A stretch of 64,000 nt of DNA from Candidatus Bathyarchaeota archaeon. GTDB lineage: Archaea > Thermoproteota > Bathyarchaeia > Bathyarchaeales > Bathycorpusculaceae. The translations under genes were made by a program, and so were the position numbers. The stretch covers positions 192,001 to 256,000 of the forward strand of contig CAWGZR010000009.1 in NCBI GenBank assembly GCA_963827165.1, given 5' to 3'. Of the stretch, positions 10,404 to 19,194 are shown piece after piece (the stretch's first letter is position 1; each line of letters begins with the position of its first letter). The notes beneath the pieces were generated by a model. It was not told the origin of the DNA and did no database searches. It saw only the letters and a list, made by a program, of their open reading frames with translations.

Positions 10404-11609
10404 TTACTCGCTGGTTTTTACTTTAACTAAGAAAGCAATAACCACGACCACAGCTAATGCAGACACCCCTGTAATAGCTATTGAATTCTCTTGATAGAAG
10501 AGCAAGTTTGAATTTGACTGACCGTTTCCAAGAGCGGAAACACCACTAGGGGTGGCTGTGTGCATCTGAGGGTTATTATTATCCACGGTCGAAGGAGAGG
10601 GCGATACACTCATTGTCGAAGTCACATTTAACATGGAAACCGTGCTGCTGCCAAAATTTGTAACGTAGACATATGTACCGTTGGGTGTTACCGCTACATC
10701 GTATGGGCTGCTTCCAACGGTTAATTTTGCCGTCACATTGTTTGTAGCTGTGCTGATCACTGATACTGAAGCGCTGTTGTCGTTCGCAACGTAGGCGTAT
10801 TGCCCATTGGGAGTTATAGCCAAACCTAAAGGTTCTCTTAAACCAGTTACCGTTGAAATCACCTTGTTTGTAGCGGTGTTTATCACGGAGACCGAACCAC
10901 CACCGGAGTTTGCAACATAAACATACTTGCCATCTGGAGTTACAGCCACGCCAAAGGGACCACTTTGAACGTACACCGTCGCTGTCAAAGTGTTCGTAAC
11001 CGTGTTTATGACCGAAACCGTGCCGACTCCAAAATTTGTAACATACGCATATTCTCCGTTGGGCGTAACAGCAACGCTTTGAGGATTGCTACCAACAGTT
11101 ACAGTCGCCATAACGGTGTTCGTAGCCGTATTGATCACCGAAGCCGTGCCGCTGCCAAAATTTGAGACATAGGCATACTTACCATTAGGCGTTACAGCCA
11201 CGCCAAAAGGACCATTTCCCACGGTTACAGTCGCCACTATCTTGTTTGAGGATATGTTTATAACGGAAACCGACCCGCTGCCGCCGTTTGTAATGTAGGC
11301 GTATTTGCCGTTGGGCGTTAGAGCTATTCCAAAAGGATCATTTCCGCCGGTTATTTTTGCGGTAATCTTATTCGTATTGGTGTTTATCACCGAAACTGAA
11401 CCGCCGCCATTTGTTACATATGCATATTTTCCATCAGGTGTAACGGCCACATCAAAAGGTTCGCTTAAACCTTTTACCGTAGTTGTCAATGTCTGTGCTC
11501 GAACTTGCTGCGGCAAAAAAACGAAGGCACTGAAAAGAAAGAATATGGCAAAAAGGGTACAGCCAATCGTCAAACTCTTTGTCATCCCACTCGTCATCAT
11601 TTCGCCCAT
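10404..11609 (-). CDS. YVTN/YncE beta-propeller surface protein
   Basis: About 7 repeats of VAVTPNGKYAYVTN..SVSVINT; signal peptide and C-terminal TM. Confidence 0.9.
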   Translation of the reverse strand: MGEMMTSGMTKSLTIGCTLFAIFFLFSAFVFLPQQVRAQTLTTTVKGLSEPFDVAVTPDGKYAYVTNGGGSVSVINTNTNKITAKITGGNDPFGIALTPNGKYAYITNGGSGSVSVINISSNKIVATVTVGNGPFGVAVTPNGKYAYVSNFGSGTASVINTATNTVMATVTVGSNPQSVAVTPNGEYAYVTNFGVGTVSVINTVTNTLTATVYVQSGPFGVAVTPDGKYVYVANSGGGSVSVINTATNKVISTVTGLREPLGLAITPNGQYAYVANDNSASVSVISTATNNVTAKLTVGSSPYDVAVTPNGTYVYVTNFGSSTVSMLNVTSTMSVSPSPSTVDNNNPQMHTATPSGVSALGNGQSNSNLLFYQENSIAITGVSALAVVVVIAFLVKVKTSE

Positions 11610-12489
11610 CGGTCAACCCTCGGCAAATACCAACGACTTGCTGTCAGTATAGGGACGCTAAAAAGCTTTAGCTTTTCACACTCACGAATGCACAAATTGA
11701 TAACAAAAACAGAAAGTAGGTTAAGACGCAGTTTCGAGACATAAATTTGTCACAGAGCCAAATTGGGAATCGTTAATGTTGAATTCGTTCGGAGATACCA
11801 ACGCAACCCGTTCTTTTCGTTTGCCCCTGCATTTCTTTTTGCTGTTCCTTTCTTAGTATTTCCAAACATTTACTTTATTCTTGGTCAATTCAGGCTTCAG
11901 CTAATGATCCCATTGTTATTTGCTTTATCCAGCATTTCAAAGAACATTCGAATGCGCAGAACAGAGGATAGTATTCTAAACTTCCCAAAACCTTCCACCG
12001 CGCATAGGGTACCTTAAACAGAGAGATTTGAAACCTTTACCCTTTTCTAAAAAATAGATTTAAGTCAAAGAAGGACAATTCAAAAAGGAGCACGGGCATG
12101 GAGTTATAAGATTTGGCGCATCAACTAAATTGCGCCTTTGCTAAACCTAAGGCGCTTGTTTTTTATGGTTTCAATATTTTACTAACCGCTAGAGCTTTAT
12201 TGATGTAGAATTTCGGCCAAGATTTCTTTGCGTCTCTCTTTGCGGTTCTTCTTTTGGTTCTTCATGCCTAAGAGCAATATCATATCGTTAAAATAAAAAC
12301 TTTATTGATTTCAGCCTGATGCAAAAGCTGATGAACCAAGCGTTACCGGGGTAACAAAGGGTAATGATGGCGAACTGAAGGGAGCGTTAAATTGTACTAT
12401 TTAGAACATTAATTAAATAATTTGTTACGGAAAAGTCGCAATACATAAAAACCATACCAGTTAGAAAAGCCCCTATGTAGGTGTATATA

Positions 12490-12828
12490 ATGGATTTCTG
12501 CCCAAAATGCGGATCGATACTTCAAACAACAAAAAAAGGCTCATCCAAACTCAAATGCCAAAAATGCAAATACGAAAAACCAATTGAACAAAAAGAATCA
12601 AACAAGAAAATATGCGTTCAACTTGGTAAAGGAGCCGAAATAGCTGTAATAGACCAAACCAAGGAGGCAATGCTAAGACAGCTTCCGACAATTCATTTGG
12701 TATGTGAAACATGCGGAAACACCGAAAGCGAAACTTGGACCGTCGAATCTGCAGACGAAACGATCCATTCAACAGTTACATTCTTCAGATGCACAAAATG
12801 TAAAACCACAAAAAGAGAATCGGGATAA
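12490..12828 (+). CDS. Transcription factor S (TFS / RPB9-RPC11-like) paralog
   Basis: N-terminal FCPKCGS..LKCQKC ribbon; C-terminal CETCGN..SADE..TFFRCTKC ribbon. Confidence 0.8.
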   Translation: MDFCPKCGSILQTTKKGSSKLKCQKCKYEKPIEQKESNKKICVQLGKGAEIAVIDQTKEAMLRQLPTIHLVCETCGNTESETWTVESADETIHSTVTFFRCTKCKTTKRESG

Positions 12829-13134
12829 TCAAAATAACACACTTCCAAAAACGATTGATTTTAAGAAAAAATGGGAAATGCCAGTGACTCCTCCACGGAT
12901 AGCCGTTCAAGTGCCGCCGGATTCACCAATGAAAAACTCGAAATAGAAGATGAAATATTTTAAGGCCATGCGTTTAACCTCATCAGCTTCCCTAATCTCC
13001 CTGTGCATTTACCGTCACTTACAAAAAAATGATGACTTTTCAACTCCATTCGAGAAATCATCAGTTTTTAGAAACAGAGGTAAGGATTGTTAATTCAAAA
13101 AATCTTTAAGATGGAAATAACAACTTCTTGCGCT

Positions 13135-13272
13135 ATGAAATTTGTCGATGAAGATGACGGGGAGTTTTGCCTCAAATGCCAAAGTCGAAAAGAACGTATC
13201 TTTGAAAACGGGCTGGTAGTTTGTCGAAACTGCAGGCATTTAAAAGCCGTTAAATTACCGATACCCCTTTAA
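13135..13272 (+). CDS. Small zinc-ribbon protein
   Basis: CLKC...VVCRNC in about 45 aa; start uncertain (13087-13135). Confidence 0.5.
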   Translation: MKFVDEDDGEFCLKCQSRKERIFENGLVVCRNCRHLKAVKLPIPL

Positions 13273-13278
13273 CTTTAA

Positions 13279-13504
13279 AACAGCGAAACAATAAACCGCG
13301 CATTTAATTTTACAGTGGCGACGATAAAACCTGTTAAAATTTTAGCTGGAACGGCTTTACCCTCCACATTTACTTACTCCAAACCTCCTGTTTCCAGCAA
13401 ACAACTCGGAGCTTCCAGAGCTTTCTTGGTTGGTAATTCTGCCTTTGCTCCTTTCCGTGCTTTCTGTTGTTGTTATAGTTAGGCATCGTTCAGCCATCTT
13501 TTGA
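13279..13504 (+). pseudogene. Orphan C-terminal remnant of a PEF-CTERM-like surface protein
   Basis: Frameshifted pieces SETINRAFNFTVA and PELSWLVILPLLLSVLSVVVIVRHR; no upstream gene body. Confidence 0.5.
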
Positions 13505-13868
13505 ATCTGTAGAAAAAAACGACCATGGCACTCTTAATCTCACAATGAAAGCTGATGGTAACCTTTTGGTTATGCGGTCAATTCTGTTATTCAAAAACTT
13601 ATTGATGACTGAAAATAAAGAAACAGGAACATGTGCAATCCATCAGCCCTAATTTTTGCTCTTACGCTTCCTTGACCGACATTCAATTCCTAAAGCATAA
13701 AACAAATCTTTTCTTCTCTTGCCGTTAACGAATCGTTTATTAAATAATCTCTTCAAAAGGTCAAAATCACTTACCTTTGAATTGGAGGGAGTGTTCAATG
13801 ATTTCCTTAGCGGGTTTGTCAGAGGATTACTTAATTATTTTTGAACCAAAGAAACGGAGATTTGTCAG

Positions 13869-14117
13869 TCATTTAGCTTTTAGAAGTTCATCCATTAAGG
13901 TAAGCAAGAAATATCCTTGTTCTTTGTCTAACTTGGTGCATGATAGACCATGAAGTAAACGATAAACCTCGACACCATATTTCTCTTTGATTTGTTTCCC
14001 ATTGTGCTCTATAATCTCGGAGCTTGTATTTATGCTCATTAAAGTCCTCACTTCCTCATTCTTGGATTCAGATATAAGACTTATCTTTATGAAAACTTTC
14101 CAACACACATAAGGCAC
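13869..14117 (-). CDS. Hypothetical protein (likely start near 14039)
   Basis: Short ORF in an AT-rich patch. Confidence 0.35.
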   Translation of the reverse strand: MPYVCWKVFIKISLISESKNEEVRTLMSINTSSEIIEHNGKQIKEKYGVEVYRLLHGLSCTKLDKEQGYFLLTLMDELLKAK

Positions 14118-14272
14118 TCTATAGGAAACATGTTTTGAATGTTCATTAGCTCATGTGAACATAGAGAACAGAAGCAAATTTGACATTTTATACAGAACTT
14201 GAAGACTCCACCAATCTTCTTCACCACACAAAGATAACAGCACACTATTGTTGTTTCATCTTGTAACAACAT
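14087..14272 (-). CDS. Cys-rich RING-like microprotein
   Basis: CYLC-x11-CIKC-x4-CSLC-x14-CLMC. Confidence 0.5.
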   Translation of the reverse strand: MLLQDETTIVCCYLCVVKKIGGVFKFCIKCQICFCSLCSHELMNIQNMFPIECLMCVGKFS

Positions 14273-14317
14273 AATTTTATAATCTAAAAATATTAATTAA
14301 GAAATCTGGTAAGAGGA

Positions 14318-14557
14318 ATGGAACAAAAACAAGTCTACAAAGTGGATTTGACCAAAATTGATGGGAACGGAGACTTTCCATGTCCAAGATGTGGAAATGT
14401 TATTTCGCCAGATGAGACTACTGAAGAAACCTACTGCATTATAGAGCCAAAAGTCAATTGTCGCGGTTTGGAAGAAGTGGTGATTTCTTGCAACAAATGC
14501 AAAAGTACCATTCATTTGACCGGATTTACTCTTTTGGAAAAATTATCGATTAAGTAA
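14318..14557 (+). CDS. Small zinc-ribbon protein
   Basis: FPCPRCG...ISCNKC; GAGG-like SD upstream. Confidence 0.75.
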   Translation: MEQKQVYKVDLTKIDGNGDFPCPRCGNVISPDETTEETYCIIEPKVNCRGLEEVVISCNKCKSTIHLTGFTLLEKLSIK

Positions 14558-14757
14558 ATGCATAACCCCTCGCAATTTTTACTTAATTTATCTTCTTATT
14601 GTTTCAGCAGTCTTTGAACCACGTCTAGTTTGTGTAACTTTCTTGAAAAACTCCAATTGATTAATGGCTATATAAAACGACAGATGACTATCTTGAAAAA
14701 CAATTATTTATTAGGTTAAACTCTTGACATTACGTTGTTTACTGAGGCTTTAAAGAC

Positions 14758-16212
14758 ATGAAAGCATTCATAATTCAATTTCCATTCGGCGTCGCAGCCT
14801 TTGACGACAAAAAAGGTCTAGTTGAAAAGGTTCTGTTCCCGAAGAAACCTCTGGCAGCTGCAAAAAGCCTGCTAAAAACCGAGACGGGAAAGCTCTCTGA
14901 CGAAGTTTTCGCACTCGTAACTCTGCTAAAAAATGCGGGTTATGATACATTTGTTTTTGAAAACGGCAACTTAGCCGAGGAGACCCAGCGCAAAATGAAT
15001 GTGACCGTTGAAGTAGCTAAAGGCGCTGAAGCTGATGATTTACGCGGGCTGATGAGTCAAGTCGCGGTTGAATCGGGGTTTGCCAAGGATGACCAAGAGC
15101 TGAGCCTTTGGAACCGCAACGTCAGCATGGAACTAACTAAGCTGCGGGTCAAGGGCGCCGCTGAGAAAAGGGACTTAATCGTTGCTCAGGGCATTCAAAC
15201 GCTAGATGATTTAGACCGAACGGTTAACCTGTTCATGGGCAGACTACGCGAATGGTACGGCGTCTACTTCCCAGAGCTTGACCGACTAGTCGAAAAACAC
15301 GAAACCTACTCGCGCTTAGTCATGAATTTGGGTTACAGAGAAGACTACACGGCAGAAGCATTGGAAAAAGAGAACGTTCCCAAGGAACGAGCACTACTTC
15401 TTGTAAAAGCGGCTGAGGCATCCATGGGCGCAGACATCGCGGAACTCGACTTAAACCAAATCCAAGAATTGGCAAGAAACGTTCTTGCATTCTACGAGTT
15501 ACGCAAGAACATGGAAAACTATGTCGACCGAACAATGGAGGAAATGGCGCCAAACGTCCGAGCCGTGGCAGGAGCGCTTCTGGGCGCACGACTAATCGCT
15601 ATGGCAGGCAGCCTGCAAAACCTCGCTATGAGACCCGCCAGCACAATTCAGGTTTTAGGCGCAGAAAAAGCTCTCTTCCGATCACTCAAAACGGGTGCAA
15701 GACCGCCAAAACACGGCTTAATCTTTCAACATACGCTGCTGCACGACGCTAAACGGTGGCAACGTGGAAAAATCGCGCGTGTCATCGCTGGGAAACTCGC
15801 CATCGCGGCTAGGGCAGACGCTTTCGGAGGCAACTTCATCGGCGAACGGCTAAAAGCTGACATTAATAAGCGGCTTGATGAAATCCATGAGAAGTACAAA
15901 GAACCGCCGGTACCCAAGGAACCCAAACCCCGAATAGAAAGTGGAGGGCGACCGCCCTTTAGAGAACGCAGGGAAGGCGGCGGTGAACGACCCTTCAGAC
16001 CTCCTCCGCAAGGCGGGGAACGACCATTTAGCCCACCTTCGCAAGGAGGAGGCGAACGCCCTCAAGGTGGAGAGCGCCCATACAGACCGCCGCCTCAAAG
16101 CGGAGAAAGGCCATATAGACCTCCACAACAGGGCGGGGGCGGAGGGCGACCGTACGGTCAAAACCGTGGCGGGCCACAAAGAGATAGGCGCCGGAGAAGA
16201 GAACGGCGTTGA
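14758..16212 (+). CDS. nop5: C/D box sRNP protein Nop56/58 (aNop5) with repetitive C-terminal tail
   Basis: LREWYGVYFPEL, PASTIQVLGAEKALFR, PPKHGLIFQH. Confidence 0.97.
   Translation: MKAFIIQFPFGVAAFDDKKGLVEKVLFPKKPLAAAKSLLKTETGKLSDEVFALVTLLKNAGYDTFVFENGNLAEETQRKMNVTVEVAKGAEADDLRGLMSQVAVESGFAKDDQELSLWNRNVSMELTKLRVKGAAEKRDLIVAQGIQTLDDLDRTVNLFMGRLREWYGVYFPELDRLVEKHETYSRLVMNLGYREDYTAEALEKENVPKERALLLVKAAEASMGADIAELDLNQIQELARNVLAFYELRKNMENYVDRTMEEMAPNVRAVAGALLGARLIAMAGSLQNLAMRPASTIQVLGAEKALFRSLKTGARPPKHGLIFQHTLLHDAKRWQRGKIARVIAGKLAIAARADAFGGNFIGERLKADINKRLDEIHEKYKEPPVPKEPKPRIESGGRPPFRERREGGGERPFRPPPQGGERPFSPPSQGGGERPQGGERPYRPPPQSGERPYRPPQQGGGGGRPYGQNRGGPQRDRRRRRERR
15975..16160 (+). repeat. In-frame ~33-bp repeats encoding GGERP(F/Y)RPPPQ
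   Basis: GGERPFRPPPQ / GGERPFSPPSQ / GGERPQ / GGERPYRPPPQ / SGERPYRPPQQ. Confidence 0.85.
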
Positions 16213-16907
16213 CCGTCAGGGTTAAGCCGCATCCAAAATTCAAGGAAATCTATGAGGTCACTCTTGAAGACGGGGCCAAACGTCTTGCCACACGGAACCT
16301 AACACCGGGTTTGAATGTTTACGGGGAACGACTCGTTAAGTTCAAAAGTATTGAGTATCGGGTTTGGGATGCTTTTAGAAGCAAATTGGCTGGAGCAATC
16401 ATAAGGGGTTTACAGAACGTTCCCATCGAGGGGAGCAGCAAAGTGCTTTATCTAGGCGCTGCGTCGGGAACCACACCCAGCCACGTCTCTGACATCGTCG
16501 GCGAATCGGGGCATGTTTACTGCGTTGAGTTTGCCCAGCGCTCAATCCGCGATTTGGTCAACAACGTCGCCACATTCCGCCCCAACATAACACCGATACT
16601 CGCGGACGCGCGCATGCCAGAAAAATACGCCATTTTCATCTCAGGCAAAGTTGACACAATCTACTGCGATGTGGCGCAGCCGGAGCAGGCAAAGCTTCTC
16701 GCGGACAATGCAGACGTTTTTCTTAAATCTCTGGGCTGGGTTATGATTGCTGTTAAGGCGCAAAGCATCGACGTGACTATGGACCCCGAAGCGGTTTATC
16801 GTCAGGAAGCAGGCATCCTGCGCAAAAGAGGTTTCGACGTGTTAGAAGTAGTTAATTTGGAGCCTTTCGACAAGATGCACGCAATGATAGTGGCTCAAAA
16901 AAAGTAA
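16209..16907 (+). CDS. flpA: Fibrillarin-like rRNA/tRNA 2'-O-methyltransferase
   Basis: VYGE, RSKLA, VLYLGAASGTTPSHVSD, DVAQP. Confidence 0.97.
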   Translation: MTVRVKPHPKFKEIYEVTLEDGAKRLATRNLTPGLNVYGERLVKFKSIEYRVWDAFRSKLAGAIIRGLQNVPIEGSSKVLYLGAASGTTPSHVSDIVGESGHVYCVEFAQRSIRDLVNNVATFRPNITPILADARMPEKYAIFISGKVDTIYCDVAQPEQAKLLADNADVFLKSLGWVMIAVKAQSIDVTMDPEAVYRQEAGILRKRGFDVLEVVNLEPFDKMHAMIVAQKK

Positions 16908-16912
16908 AACCT

Positions 16913-17057
16913 GGAAAACAGCTCCTACATATCCTTTTCACATAATAGGAACTTAACGTAGGAGTATGTTTCCGTATGCTGTGCTTTGTTAGCAAGAGAA
17001 GTAATACCTTTCCCAAGTTTTCATAAGAGCAGATCTCAAATCTGCATAGCGTGGAAA
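16913..17057 (+). ncRNA. Candidate structured RNA downstream of fibrillarin
   Basis: Stems GCTCCTAC/GTAGGAGT, GGAAAACA/TGTTTCC and ATGCTGTGC/GCATAGCGT, with G-U pairs valid only on the + strand. Confidence 0.3.
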
Positions 17058-17133
17058 TGGATTAATTCTTAGTCCAGAAACTTTGACTAAAACCAGTCAA
17101 GAAAACTTTACGAATAGCCTTTTATTGTAAAAA

Positions 17134-17709
17134 ATGTTTCCAAGTGAAATTATGAGCAAGATTAGAACCGCAATAACAGCTCTGATTGTTGTTGTCCTCT
17201 TTGTTAGTGCAATTGCTGAAACGGCAATTTACAACACTGCTTTAAACAATAAAAATTCAAAAATAGTTTTGTTGCAATCTCAAATTTCAAATCAAAAAAA
17301 GGAAATCGCCAATTTGACAAGTCAAATCGCAGTTCAGCCAGATTTATCCAAACCTCACCTCATAACAGAATTAGGAGTCACTGAACTTGAAACCGATTGG
17401 GGTCCGTCTTGGCGGCTTTTCATTCAAGGCGCCGCTTATAACATGGGAAACAGCACAGCATACAACGCTGGACTAAGAGTCGAAGCTTATTCGGGCACAG
17501 GTATATTAGAGATAAACATGACCGTGCCATTTGTCAACGGATACAATTACGGGACGGATTCGTCGATTACCACTCAGTTAACTCAACTTGGTCCAGCCCA
17601 ACTTGGAAATCTAACTAGCGGCCAGGCAGTGATGATTGACTTAGACATCTACCATGAAGGCGTTGTAACCAACTGGTCTGTAACGCCGGTGTGGACAATT
17701 TCGCCCTGA
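17134..17709 (+). CDS. Hypothetical secreted/anchored protein (TM, coiled coil, beta domain)
   Basis: N-terminal TM, coiled-coil segment, NMGNSTAYNAGL. Confidence 0.7.
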   Translation: MFPSEIMSKIRTAITALIVVVLFVSAIAETAIYNTALNNKNSKIVLLQSQISNQKKEIANLTSQIAVQPDLSKPHLITELGVTELETDWGPSWRLFIQGAAYNMGNSTAYNAGLRVEAYSGTGILEINMTVPFVNGYNYGTDSSITTQLTQLGPAQLGNLTSGQAVMIDLDIYHEGVVTNWSVTPVWTISP

Positions 17710-17842
17710 TTTTCAGATTTTAGGCCTTTTCCCACGGCAGGGGTGAACCAACCACCTATGCAGAGGGTCAAGAAACGGTGATTTGAGTTAGTCAAGATAT
17801 TTAACGAATATCCTATTATCTTTATAGCCATCATTAAGGGTT

Positions 17843-18538
17843 ATGGCAACCTTGGAAATCGCACTGATTGAAAAAAACAAGCGAGGATATATTCCAATTA
17901 TTATCGGTTTCTTCCTAGTCGTTCTTGGAATTGTTACATTAATCCTTGAGTTGCAAAATGCAAACCAGAACGGTTACAACCTTACTGGTTGGCTAAATTT
18001 TTACGATTTTTGGGTCATAGTCATCTCTTTTTGCTTCATCGCAGGAGCATTGTTGATAGTGATTGGAATGTTTTTCTTGAGAAGAATTTCCAACATATTG
18101 TCCTACGCCTTAGTTGCTGCTGGATTTGCTCTAATCGTATTTGAAGTATCCAGACTTCTTATCGTGTTGGGGGAAAACAACACGTTAAGTAACAGCGGTA
18201 TAGGTTGGAGTGATTTTCAAAGTTATTGGTCCTTAGGTTTTTTCTCTTTTTTGTCAACCAGCGTTTTTCTCACAGTTTTCGGAGTGATACTTGGACTAGG
18301 ACTTCGCTTTAAATGCAAAGTGGGTTTTGTTGTAGCAACTGGCGGGTTTGCCATAATGCTTGTTGGAGCATCCTTGTTAGCTACGAATTTGGCGACAAGC
18401 CTTGATTATTATCCGTCAAATTATTATTTCAGTTTAAAGGTCGCCTGGAGTACGACTATTTCTTATTTTCTGATAATCGGAGCGTTAATAGTAGTTATTG
18501 GAACAGGATATTTGATGTGGGCAAGAAACAGAAATTAG
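17843..18538 (+). CDS. Hypothetical 6-TM membrane protein
   Basis: Three repeats of a TM hairpin. Confidence 0.7.
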   Translation: MATLEIALIEKNKRGYIPIIIGFFLVVLGIVTLILELQNANQNGYNLTGWLNFYDFWVIVISFCFIAGALLIVIGMFFLRRISNILSYALVAAGFALIVFEVSRLLIVLGENNTLSNSGIGWSDFQSYWSLGFFSFLSTSVFLTVFGVILGLGLRFKCKVGFVVATGGFAIMLVGASLLATNLATSLDYYPSNYYFSLKVAWSTTISYFLIIGALIVVIGTGYLMWARNRN

Positions 18539-19194
18539 CGTAATGCCTACTAAACAAAAAGAAAATAGTGGACTCATGACTTATTGAATTATAGTTGGGC
18601 TCACTTAAAAATTCATTAATTAATCCCCCCCGTTATTTGTTTTTTATAATGGAAAGACACACAGCAGTTTAAGTCATGGTAGAAATAATATTATTTTTTG
18701 CAATATATCGATTATTTCTTTAGGCTAATGCATGGTTGATCTTTGAAATACTTGATTTAAAAGTATGGAACCTTCTCTGAGAATTACAAAACGTGTCCAC
18801 CAAGGATGCCCACTATTATGGAAACTATGAAAAGCACAATAATGCCAATAACCAAGATTTTCTTAGTTGAAGACTTCATTTGATGCGGCGTCCCCTAATG
18901 TCTCTTGTATAGATATGTTCAGTATTTGAATTTAGGCTTTATGAACTGAACATAATCTGGGCTTTGGGTTTCTATGAGATTGGGCCTTGCGCCTCCTTTT
19001 TCTGACGTCTTTTTGGATGCCAATTCTATTCAATATCCGGGCACCAACCGTTGTGAAAGATGAAGTGGTAATTATCGAAGTTTGCCCAAAAACTATTGGT
19101 TTTAACACTCAATAAAAGAGACCATCTTAGCAATCGTTTCACATTACTATTCACAAAAAAGCGTGATTTTTCTCCAGCGGCCAGACGCAGTTGG

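Noticed and set aside
12100-12285. Degenerate wHTH-like fragment on the minus strand (NRKERRKEILAEILHQ)
   Set aside because: Too short and immediately stopped; cannot be supported
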